NCBI GenBank assembly: GCA_964582365.1
Contig: CAZOQV010000001.1
Span: 12,712 to 76,711 of the forward strand
DNA: 64,000 nt
Direction: 5' to 3'
Source: an uncultured Gammaproteobacteria bacterium
GTDB taxonomy: Bacteria; Patescibacteriota; Microgenomatia; UBA12405
Notes under the pieces: model-generated
The model's input: the letters and a program-made list of their open reading frames with translations, nothing else
Databases searched by the model: none
Told to the model about the DNA's origin: nothing
Shown here: one piece after another, positions 29,056 to 37,795 of the stretch
Numbering within the stretch: position 1 is the first letter of the stretch
Layout: each line of letters opens with the position of its first letter
Position numbers and translations under genes: made by a program

Positions 29056-31185
29056 ATGTTGTCAGATTTAACTTTTATTCTTGCTTGGTGGTTTTTAATT
29101 TTTGTTTTAGGAATTATTTTTCTACCATTAACCACAGTTTTCTTTAAAAAGTTTTGGGACAAAGGATACATTTTTTCTAAAATAAGTTGTATTGCTGTCT
29201 TAACCTATTTGATTTTTATAGGCGGTATTTTTAAAGTTTTAACTTTCACAAATTTAAATTTATTTTTAATTTTATTTTTATTATTTTTAATAAATTTATT
29301 TTTTCTTAAACATAAAAACAATTTTTCGGTTTTTAAAAAAACCATAAAAGAAAATTATAAAACTTTTATTTTTGAAGAAATTTTATTTCTTTTTATTTTA
29401 ATAGCTTGGTCTTTTGTTCGTGGTTTTACTCCCGACATTGAAGGTCTAGAAAAATATATGGATTGGGGATTTATGAATTCTGCCTTAAAATCCAAATTTT
29501 TACCACCACTAGATATGTGGTTTTCTGGTGAAATTATAAATTATTATTATTTTGGTCATTTAATTTTTGCTGTTTTAACCAAATTAAGTACCATTAGCTC
29601 GGCCATTACCTACAATTTATCAATTGCCACTCTTTGTGCTCTTACTTTTGTATCTTCTTTTTCCATTGCCTCTAATTTAGTTTTTCTTTCCATAAAGAAA
29701 AATCTGCCCTCCTTGTCAAGGGAGGGTGTCCGTAGGACGGGTGGGTTTCGAAAAATAATTACTGCTGGACTAATCTCTGCTTTACTCTTAACCTTTGGAG
29801 GGAACCTCCATTCTGTTTACAAAATTACAAAAATAAATATTAAAGATAATGGCAAATTTGTTTTAACTCAAAAAGCCATTAATGATTCAATTAATAAATA
29901 TTGGTATCCCGACGCCACTCGTTTTATTGGTTACGACCCAGATGTTAAAGATAAAACCATCCATGAATTTCCTCTTTATAGTTTTGTAGTTTCTGATCTT
30001 CATGGTCATGTCAACGACATCCCCGTCATTTTATTTTTTATGGCCTTTTTAATAGCTATTAGTTTTTCTTCATCAAGTTTAATTAATGTTCTTTTGATTG
30101 TTGTTTCTGGCTTCACTTTGTCGATTGCCTACATGACCAACGCTTGGGATTTCGCTGTTTACGGTCTTTTATTTGCTTTTTTTACTCTTTTTTCAAACTT
30201 AAAAAACTCTAAAAATCCTATCGGAAAAACTTTTATTAATGGAATTTTAACTATTGCTTGTTGGTTTATTTTCTCTCTTCCTTTTTCTTTGAAATTTATT
30301 CCCATGGCCAGTGGTTTAAAACTTTCCGATGTCCATAGTCATTTTTATCAATTATTTATTTTGTATGGCGGTTTTTGGCTGATTTGCTTACCGTTTTTAA
30401 TATTATTTTTTAAAAAAATAATTTTTAGAAATTTGAAATTTGAAATTAGAAATTCAGATTTATTTGTCTTTGCCGCTATCACCACTGCCACTCTTTTAAT
30501 AATTATTCCTGAAATAATTTATTTAAAAGATATTTACATCTATGAATATCGTCGTGCTAATACTATGTTTAAATTAGTTTATCAGGCTTTTATTATGTAC
30601 TCTCTGGTTTCTGGCTATGTTTTTTATAAAGTTAAAAGTCTATTAAAATCCAAATGGCTTAATGTTTTATATGGTTTATTGTTCGCCTTAGTTTTTTTTG
30701 TTCATATGATTTATCCCTATTTTGCCATTAAATCATTTTATGGATCTTTTAAAAATTACAAAGGTTTATGGGGTTTAAATTATTTAAAAAATGATTACGT
30801 TGATAATTTTGCCGCTATTAATTGGATTAATGAAAATATCTCTGGTCAACCAGTAATGCTAGAAGCAGTAGGCGATAGCTATACTACTTTTAACCAAGTT
30901 TCTGTCTCTACTGGACTACCAACTGTTCAAGGTTGGATTGTTCATGAATGGCTTTGGCGCGGTGGATATGACAAACCAAAACAACGGCAAGATGATGTTC
31001 AAAATATTTATGAAAATGAAAATACCGAAAGGTTAAAAATTTTAATTCAAAAATACAATATTAAATATATCTTTGTTGGCACCAAAGAATACGAAAAATA
31101 TCCTAAATTAAATGATAAAAATTTTAAAGAAATCGGGGGGCAAATTATTTTTCAGTCTGGTAAAACCAAAATTTACCGGCTATAG
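29056..31185 (+). CDS. DUF2298 (YYY-motif) polytopic membrane protein, probable GT-C relative
   Basis: EKYMD, PPLDMWFSG..INYYYFG, EFP..SF..DLHGH, NTMFK, TGLPTV.GW..HE. Confidence 0.85.
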   Translation: MLSDLTFILAWWFLIFVLGIIFLPLTTVFFKKFWDKGYIFSKISCIAVLTYLIFIGGIFKVLTFTNLNLFLILFLLFLINLFFLKHKNNFSVFKKTIKENYKTFIFEEILFLFILIAWSFVRGFTPDIEGLEKYMDWGFMNSALKSKFLPPLDMWFSGEIINYYYFGHLIFAVLTKLSTISSAITYNLSIATLCALTFVSSFSIASNLVFLSIKKNLPSLSREGVRRTGGFRKIITAGLISALLLTFGGNLHSVYKITKINIKDNGKFVLTQKAINDSINKYWYPDATRFIGYDPDVKDKTIHEFPLYSFVVSDLHGHVNDIPVILFFMAFLIAISFSSSSLINVLLIVVSGFTLSIAYMTNAWDFAVYGLLFAFFTLFSNLKNSKNPIGKTFINGILTIACWFIFSLPFSLKFIPMASGLKLSDVHSHFYQLFILYGGFWLICLPFLILFFKKIIFRNLKFEIRNSDLFVFAAITTATLLIIIPEIIYLKDIYIYEYRRANTMFKLVYQAFIMYSLVSGYVFYKVKSLLKSKWLNVLYGLLFALVFFVHMIYPYFAIKSFYGSFKNYKGLWGLNYLKNDYVDNFAAINWINENISGQPVMLEAVGDSYTTFNQVSVSTGLPTVQGWIVHEWLWRGGYDKPKQRQDDVQNIYENENTERLKILIQKYNIKYIFVGTKEYEKYPKLNDKNFKEIGGQIIFQSGKTKIYRL

Positions 31186-31197
31186 TTAAATTTGCTC

Positions 31198-33111
31198 ATG
31201 GAAGATATTTTAGAAGGATTAAATCAAAATCAAAAAGAAGCTGTTGTTTACACTGGTTCGCCTTTACTTTTATTGGCTGGAGCTGGTTCCGGCAAGACTC
31301 GCGTTTTAACTCATCGGGTGGCCTATTTTATTCAAAAGAAAATTGCCAAACCATCAGAGATTTTATTACTCACTTTCACCAATAAAGCCGCCGAAGAAAT
31401 GCGACAGCGAACAACCAAACTTTTATCTACGATCAACCAAAAATCTACGACCTATGACCTACGATCTAATTCCTTTTTTGCTGGGACCTTTCACTCTTTT
31501 TGTTGTCGTGTTCTACGCGCTGATGGTGAAAATATCGGTATCCCCCAAAAATTTCTTATTTACGATTCTAATGATCAAGAAAATTTAATTAAAAATATCC
31601 TTCACGAACTCGGGCTAACTCCTCAAGAATTTAAACCATCTAGTGTTCTTTATTTTATTGAAGCCGCTAAAAATTCTTTTCAAACTCCAAAAGAAATGTC
31701 GGCTCAAAGCAGTGGTTTTTGGCAAGATTATGCTTGTAAGATTTATACTCGTTATCAAGAAAAATTATTTAATTTTCATGCTCTCGATTTTAACGATCTT
31801 CTTTTCAAAACCGCTGAATTATTTTCTCAATATCCCAACATTTTGTCTAAATATCAAGAAATTTATAAATTTATTATGGTTGATGAATATCAGGATACTA
31901 ATCAAATTCAATATCTTTTAACCAAACTTTTGGCTCAAAAATATAAACAAATCACTGTTGTTGGTGACGCTTCTCAAGCTATTTATGGTTGGAGAGGGGC
32001 TGATTATCGAAATTTGGTCAATTTCACCACTGATTTTAAAAATGCCAAGATTATCAATCTTGAACAAAATTATCGTTCTACTCAAATTATTCTTGACGCC
32101 GCCAACGCTGTCATTTCCAAAGATAAATCTCATCCGATCTTAAAATTATTTACTGACAAAAAATCAGCAGATAAAATAAAAATATTTGAAGCCGAATCTG
32201 AAGTTGCCGAAGCCGATTTTATTGCTCAAAAAATTAAATTTATTAATGATAATTTAAAAATTCCTCTACGAAACATTGCCGTTCTTTATCGAATGAACGC
32301 TCAGTCTCGTGTTTTGGAAGAAGCTTTTTTACGCCAAACTATTCCCTATGTTTTGTTAGGTGGAACTCGTTTTTATGAACGGGCCGAGATTAAAGATATT
32401 TTATCTATGCTTCGTTATGCCAGTGATCAGGCCGATCATATTTCAGAAGAGAGAATTGAAAAAGCTTTAGGTAAACGTAAAAAAGCCCATCTTCACGAAC
32501 ATATTAATAATATAGAGTTAGACAATCTTACCTCTCTTCAAATTTTAGAATCTTTGGTCATTAATTCTAATTACCTCGATAAATTTGATAGTAAAGATGA
32601 GGAAGATCAAAAAAGAATTGAAAACATCAAAGAATTAAAATCTGTCGCCGCTCAGTTTCCCCTTCTTACTGATTTTTTAGAAAATATAACCTTAGTCCAA
32701 CAAGAATATTCTCTTCAAGAAAAAAATAAGAAAAAAGAAAATCGTGACGGTGTTAAATTAATGACTCTTCATAGTGCTAAAGGTTTGGAATTTGAAGTGG
32801 TCTTTATGGTCGGTTTTGAAGAGGGAATTTTGCCTCATTCCCGGTGTTTAATTGACGAATCCCAAATTGAAGAAGAACGCCGTCTTTGTTATGTTGGCAT
32901 TACTCGTGCTAAAGATTATCTTTGTATTTCTTATGCCACTCGTCGTTTATTTTTTGGTAAAAGTAGTCTAAATGAAGCCAGTCGATTTTTAGCCGATATC
33001 CCCAGTGAATTGGTTGAATTTGAAGAAAGTTTGGAAATTATTCGTGATTATCGTCACCCCAAAAAATCCCAAAACGATGATGATATCATTTATGACCCTG
33101 ATATTTATTAA
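31198..33111 (+). CDS. pcrA: UvrD/PcrA ATP-dependent DNA helicase
   Basis: AGAGSGKT, TFTNKAA, VDEYQDTN, QNYRST, HSAKGLEF, EERRLCYVGITRA. Confidence 0.9.
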   Translation: MEDILEGLNQNQKEAVVYTGSPLLLLAGAGSGKTRVLTHRVAYFIQKKIAKPSEILLLTFTNKAAEEMRQRTTKLLSTINQKSTTYDLRSNSFFAGTFHSFCCRVLRADGENIGIPQKFLIYDSNDQENLIKNILHELGLTPQEFKPSSVLYFIEAAKNSFQTPKEMSAQSSGFWQDYACKIYTRYQEKLFNFHALDFNDLLFKTAELFSQYPNILSKYQEIYKFIMVDEYQDTNQIQYLLTKLLAQKYKQITVVGDASQAIYGWRGADYRNLVNFTTDFKNAKIINLEQNYRSTQIILDAANAVISKDKSHPILKLFTDKKSADKIKIFEAESEVAEADFIAQKIKFINDNLKIPLRNIAVLYRMNAQSRVLEEAFLRQTIPYVLLGGTRFYERAEIKDILSMLRYASDQADHISEERIEKALGKRKKAHLHEHINNIELDNLTSLQILESLVINSNYLDKFDSKDEEDQKRIENIKELKSVAAQFPLLTDFLENITLVQQEYSLQEKNKKKENRDGVKLMTLHSAKGLEFEVVFMVGFEEGILPHSRCLIDESQIEEERRLCYVGITRAKDYLCISYATRRLFFGKSSLNEASRFLADIPSELVEFEESLEIIRDYRHPKKSQNDDDIIYDPDIY

Positions 33112-33127
33112 CCTGATAAAATAACTC

Positions 33128-33466
33128 ATGGAAATAACCAAAAAAGAACAATCTCAAGTTTTTCATAATGGCAACGTAACTGCTCATGAATATCCAACAA
33201 AAAATAAAAACATTAGTGGCGGTTTTGTTGAGATAAGAGGCCGACATCCAGAGAAAGGTTGGATTTGTAACCAAGAGTGTACAGAATTAGTTTTTATTAC
33301 CAAAGGATCTGTTACCTTAACTACTGAGAAAGAATCTGTTTTCCTAAATGAAATGGATCAAGTAATTATTAATCCAAAAGAAAGATATTATTGGGATGGT
33401 AATTGTGTTGCTTTTGTTCCCTCTACTCCTCCATGGACTCCAGAACAAACTGAAATTGTTGAATAA
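33128..33466 (+). CDS. Cupin-fold protein
   Basis: E..FITKG..V..L..D.VII.P beta-barrel pattern. Confidence 0.65.
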   Translation: MEITKKEQSQVFHNGNVTAHEYPTKNKNISGGFVEIRGRHPEKGWICNQECTELVFITKGSVTLTTEKESVFLNEMDQVIINPKERYYWDGNCVAFVPSTPPWTPEQTEIVE

Positions 33467-33478
33467 AAAACTAACTTT

Positions 33479-34108
33479 ATGACAAAAAATATCAAAGAAT
33501 TAATCTCTATTATCTTTGATTGGTTAGCCATAAAAGACCCTCTTGAAAAATCAGATTTAATTTTCGTTTTTGGTGGGCCTACTTTGAGCCAAGTTAAAAA
33601 AGCCAGACAAATTTTTGATCAAGATTTTGCTCCTTATATTATAGTTACCGGCAACACTGGTACTTTTAATAATCCAGATTGGAATAAGCCTATCGCTAAT
33701 ATTTTTTGTGATTTTTTAGTCGAAAACAAAGTTAATCCAGAGAATATTTTAGTTCAAAATAGTTCAATGAATACTTTGGAAGATGTTACTTTTTCTATTC
33801 CTATTATCAAAGCCAAAATCCAGAATTTTAAAAAAGTAATTTTGGTTTCTAATCCGATGCACCAACGTCGTTGTTTTGCTACTTTCAAAAAACAATTTCC
33901 TTTCAAGGTTGAAATCATTAATCAAGCCGGTGATGAACCAGATCTTACCAAAGCTGATGAACAAGAAATTATTTCAATTGGCACTAGGTGCCTTCAAGAA
34001 TATGAAAGATTGATAAAATATTCACAGAAAGGCGATATTGAAACTAGTATAATTCCTGAAAAGGTAACTAACGCTTATATTCAATTAAAAAATATTTTAG
34101 GCGTCTAA
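33479..34108 (+). CDS. YdcF/DUF218 family protein
   Basis: DLIFVFGG, IIVTG, SMNTLE, VS..HQRR. Confidence 0.85.
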   Translation: MTKNIKELISIIFDWLAIKDPLEKSDLIFVFGGPTLSQVKKARQIFDQDFAPYIIVTGNTGTFNNPDWNKPIANIFCDFLVENKVNPENILVQNSSMNTLEDVTFSIPIIKAKIQNFKKVILVSNPMHQRRCFATFKKQFPFKVEIINQAGDEPDLTKADEQEIISIGTRCLQEYERLIKYSQKGDIETSIIPEKVTNAYIQLKNILGV

Positions 34109-34114
34109 TTAATT

Positions 34115-35158
34115 ATGTCCACTAAGATTCTTACTATTAAAGACAAAGAAATCTACAATTCGAAAATAATTCATCCAGTTCAAACGTGGGATTGGGGAGA
34201 TTTTCAAATTTCTCAAGGTCACACAGTTTATCGTCTCGGTGTTTTCAATAATGATGACAAAATAATTTCCGCCTATTCCATCAGTTTTCATAAAGTTCCC
34301 AAAACTAAATTTTCTATTGGCACTATTCTCCGTGGCCCAGAAATTGATGATGAAACCATTAAAAAAGTTACTGAAATTGCCCAACAAGAAAATGCTATTT
34401 TTGTTAAATTCGAACCAAATGTTATTTATCAAAAATTTGACAATTTAAATAATAAATCTCTTATTTTTCCAAAACCAGATTTTAAACATCTAAAAAAATC
34501 ACCCAAGGTTGCCTTTTATCCATTCACTTACATAGTTGATTTAACTAAAACCGAAACTGAAATTTTAGAATCAATGCACTCCAAAACTCGCTACAATATC
34601 CGAGTTGCTAACCGTTATGGTGTTGAAATTAAAGAACAAACTGACGATCAAGGCTTTGAAATTTATTTAAAACTTCTCCTTGCCACCACTAAACGCCAAG
34701 GGTTTTATTTACACACCGAAAAATATCATCGTGATTTATGGAAGAAATTAAAGAAAACTGGCATGATTCATATTATGTTGGCTTCTTATGATAATCAAGT
34801 TATTTCCGCTTTTATGATTTTTAATGTCAAAGATCAATTATTTTATCCATATGGTGCGTCTCTCGATATTAATCGCCAAGTTATGGCTCCGACTCTTTTA
34901 ATGTGGGAAGTAATTAAACTTGGTCAAAAATTAAAATGTTCGACTTTTGATATGTGGGGTTGTCTTGGTCCTCACGCCAAAGAAACTGAAAATGGTTATG
35001 GTTTTCACCGATTTAAACAAGGATTTGGTGGTGAACTTAATGAATATGTTGGTACTTACGATTTAATCATCAACCCGACTTTATATAAAATTTACAATTC
35101 AGTTGATAAAATTCGCTGGAAACTTCTCCGTCTCAAAGCCTCAATTTTAAGAAAATAA
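34115..35158 (+). CDS. FemABX-family peptidoglycan bridge aminoacyltransferase
   Basis: HPVQTWDWG, KTRYNIR.A, YPYGAS, FDMWG, FKQGFGG. Confidence 0.9.
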   Translation: MSTKILTIKDKEIYNSKIIHPVQTWDWGDFQISQGHTVYRLGVFNNDDKIISAYSISFHKVPKTKFSIGTILRGPEIDDETIKKVTEIAQQENAIFVKFEPNVIYQKFDNLNNKSLIFPKPDFKHLKKSPKVAFYPFTYIVDLTKTETEILESMHSKTRYNIRVANRYGVEIKEQTDDQGFEIYLKLLLATTKRQGFYLHTEKYHRDLWKKLKKTGMIHIMLASYDNQVISAFMIFNVKDQLFYPYGASLDINRQVMAPTLLMWEVIKLGQKLKCSTFDMWGCLGPHAKETENGYGFHRFKQGFGGELNEYVGTYDLIINPTLYKIYNSVDKIRWKLLRLKASILRK

Positions 35159-35159
35159 A

Positions 35160-35221
35160 AACGGCCAAAAATTAAAACAAAAAATACTAATTAGTATTAA
35201 ATGTTTTAGCCTTTAGCCGTT
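35160..35221. terminator. Long imperfect hairpin between convergent genes (probable terminator)
   Basis: aacggc/gccgtt and taaaaca/tgtttta arms around a perfect 16-bp palindrome aatactaattagtatt (35183-35198). Confidence 0.5.
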
Positions 35222-35267
35222 GGTAGCGTCTATACAAAAAGTTAAAAAAATAGACACCTGGACATCT

Positions 35268-35579
35268 TTAATCTTTTACAACCTCACAACATTTTTCTGC
35301 AAAAATAAATTCATCAAACATAAGGTCATCATTTTTTTTCCACCACTTGGCAGCTTTTTCATTAGTTGCAGCAATAGCTTTCATAGCTGTCTCATGGGAT
35401 ATTCTGTAGCCTCCGATGTTTTCATTATCGTTTCTTCTCATATAATCTACCTGAAAAAAATCTGTATTATCATCGCTAAGGTCTTGTATACCAAGTGTAT
35501 CCAATTCAAGGTTAACCCATGCTTCTCTAACCCATTTTGGAGGTTCACCTGTCGGCGTAGAAACAATTCGAATTTTCAT
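35268..35579 (-). CDS. Hypothetical protein
   Basis: Protein-like composition (GEPPKWVREAWV, AAKWW); purine-rich AGGGA upstream of the ATG. Confidence 0.7.
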   Translation of the reverse strand: MKIRIVSTPTGEPPKWVREAWVNLELDTLGIQDLSDDNTDFFQVDYMRRNDNENIGGYRISHETAMKAIAATNEKAAKWWKKNDDLMFDEFIFAEKCCEVVKD

Positions 35580-35658
35580 CTTTTATCCCTGCTTTATTTC
35601 AATGTACTTTTTGTATCAAAGTATAACATAGTGTCCTACAATCAATAATAAAAATAAT

Positions 35659-36039
35659 TTATTCTTCAACCACCACTTTATCAGTCGAAATACTTGGTGA
35701 ATGAATTGAAATTGTTTCGCAATTTTCCAAAAATTCGACTTTAACCACATTATTAACATCAATAAAAATAAATTCTCCCGTTTTTACCAAAACCATCTTG
35801 TCATTAATCAAATAATTTGCCTTACCTTTAAGCATAATATTCACCTCAACTTTTTTCTGATGATAATGTTTTTTACAAATATGACCTTTTTCATGTTTAG
35901 CAAATTGAATTTCTAAATCATCAGTTTTACACGGATTGTCTTCTTCAAAAAATGATCCTACAAACCAACCTCTAGTTTTTTCAAAATCACTCATCTTTCC
36001 GCTAAAAAATTTTCCATTTCCCAATTTTTTTGTATCCAT
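35659..36039 (-). CDS. Cupin domain protein
   Basis: RGWFVG.F, HYHQKKVE..KG cupin motif. Start moved to ATG 36039. Confidence 0.8.
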   Translation of the reverse strand: MDTKKLGNGKFFSGKMSDFEKTRGWFVGSFFEEDNPCKTDDLEIQFAKHEKGHICKKHYHQKKVEVNIMLKGKANYLINDKMVLVKTGEFIFIDVNNVVKVEFLENCETISIHSPSISTDKVVVEE

Positions 36040-36101
36040 ATTTAAAAAAATTATAACATTTTTACTAAAAACCAATTTGAAAAAATAAGGTAAAATACAC
36101 T

Positions 36102-36401
36102 ATGTCTTCGCCAAAGATTTCTCTAACTGAATTACAACACATCGCCAAATTATCACGTCTGGAAATTGACCCCAAAAAACAAAATGAATTAGCAGACCAA
36201 TTATCAGAAACCGCCAATTATATTGATGTTTTAAAAGAATTAAATACCGCCGATATCAATCCCACTTCTCAAGTTAACAACAAACACAATGTTTTGCGTC
36301 AGGATGTCATTGAAGATTCACTAAGCCAAACTGATGCTTTGTCTCAGGCTCCAGAAACTTATAATGGTTATTTTAAAACCGCCGCCACCATTAAAAAATA
36401 A
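36102..36401 (+). CDS. gatC: Asp/Glu-tRNA amidotransferase subunit C
   Basis: HIAKLSRL, PTSQV..LRQD, APE..GYF; precedes gatA. Confidence 0.92.
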   Translation: MSSPKISLTELQHIAKLSRLEIDPKKQNELADQLSETANYIDVLKELNTADINPTSQVNNKHNVLRQDVIEDSLSQTDALSQAPETYNGYFKTAATIKK

Positions 36402-36403
36402 TT

Positions 36404-37795
36404 ATGTCCAATTTAAATAAATTAAACTTATTAGAAGCCGTCGAGGGGATTAAAAATAAAAAATTTACTTCCATTGAATTAGTAACTGATTGTTTTGCCC
36501 AAATTGAAAAACTAGAACCAACTCTAAATTCTTTTGTCACTCTTTGTAAAGAAGACGCTTTCAAAAAATCAGAAAATATAGATTTTACCCAACCTTTGGC
36601 TGGAATTCCTATTGCTATTAAAGATAATTTTTGTATTAAAGGTGTCAAAACCACCGCTTCCTCTAAACTTTTAGAAAATTATCAAGCCCAATATACTGCC
36701 ACTGTTGTCGACCGTCTAGAAAAAGCCGGCGCCATTGTTATTGGCAAAACCAACATGGATGCCTGGGCTCACGGTTCTTCAACTGAAACTTCTGATTTTG
36801 GTTCAACCAAAAATCCTTGGAATCCAAATCACTTACCAGGAGGATCTTCTGGTGGCTCTGCTGCCGCTGTCGCTTCTGATGAAGTTACCACCTCAATTGG
36901 TTCCGAAACTGCCGGTTCTATCCGTCAGCCGGCCGCTTGGTGCGGTATGGTTGGTCTTAAGCCAACTTATGGTCGTGTCAGTCGTTATGGTGTCATTGCC
37001 ATGGCTTCATCTATGGATTCTCCCGGTCCAATCACTAAAACTGTCGATGATGCCGCTTTGCTTTTATCCATAATTTCTGGCCATGATCCAAAAGATGCTA
37101 CCAGTATTGACCAACCATCTTGGTCAATACCAAAATCTTTAACCGATTTAAAAGGTTTAAAAATTGGTTTACCCAAACATTATTTCCCCAGAAATATTAA
37201 ATCAGAAGTTAAACAAGCTGTCTTAGAGGCGGCTGAAACTCTTAAAAAACTTGGCGCCGAAATTATAGAGTTGGATGTTTTAGATCCAAAATATGCCATT
37301 GCTGTCTACACTATTTTACAGCGATCCGAAGTCTCTTCAAATTTAGCCCGTTTTACTGGTATTCGTTATGGTCATGATCGTTCTTTTTTTGGCGATGAGG
37401 CCAAGAGGAGAATTATGCTTGGTACTTACACTCTTTCCAGTGGTTATTACGACGCTCATTACATTAAAGCTCAACAAGTCAGAACTTTAATTATTGAAGA
37501 TTTTAAAAAACAATTTCAAAAAGTCGATGCCATTATCGGTCCCACTTCTCCCACCACTGCTCTTGCTCTCGGTGCCACTGATGGTCAAGCTATGTTTGGT
37601 GAATTAGAAGATATGTTGGTGGAACCATCAACTCTTGCCGGTCTTCCGGGAATTTCTCTTCCATGCGGATTTGCCGATGGCTTACCAATTGGCCTTCAAA
37701 TAATTACACCTCAGCTTCGTGAAGATCTCGCCGTTCAAATCGCTCGTCTTTTTGAATCATCAACTGATTATCATTTACAAAAACCAAAATTATGA
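36404..37795 (+). CDS. gatA: Asp/Glu-tRNA amidotransferase subunit A
   Basis: KDN, GKTNMD, PGGSSGGSAAAV, GSIRQPA, KRRIMLGT. Confidence 0.95.
   Translation: MSNLNKLNLLEAVEGIKNKKFTSIELVTDCFAQIEKLEPTLNSFVTLCKEDAFKKSENIDFTQPLAGIPIAIKDNFCIKGVKTTASSKLLENYQAQYTATVVDRLEKAGAIVIGKTNMDAWAHGSSTETSDFGSTKNPWNPNHLPGGSSGGSAAAVASDEVTTSIGSETAGSIRQPAAWCGMVGLKPTYGRVSRYGVIAMASSMDSPGPITKTVDDAALLLSIISGHDPKDATSIDQPSWSIPKSLTDLKGLKIGLPKHYFPRNIKSEVKQAVLEAAETLKKLGAEIIELDVLDPKYAIAVYTILQRSEVSSNLARFTGIRYGHDRSFFGDEAKRRIMLGTYTLSSGYYDAHYIKAQQVRTLIIEDFKKQFQKVDAIIGPTSPTTALALGATDGQAMFGELEDMLVEPSTLAGLPGISLPCGFADGLPIGLQIITPQLREDLAVQIARLFESSTDYHLQKPKL

Noticed and set aside
34109-34432. Short alternative-frame and antisense ORFs in the track (this one, 7-222, 16960-17247, 39928-40212, 58078-58476 and similar)
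   Set aside because: They overlap well-supported genes and show no motifs of their own.
35160-35221. AAC...GTT-bounded hairpin as an integron attC site
   Set aside because: Ends do not fit RYYYAAC/GTTRRRY on either strand, there is no integrase or cassette array, and a terminator between convergent genes is simpler.
35220-35648. Plus-strand 142-aa ORF
   Set aside because: TTG start and atypical composition; it overlaps the more protein-like minus ORF 35268-35579.
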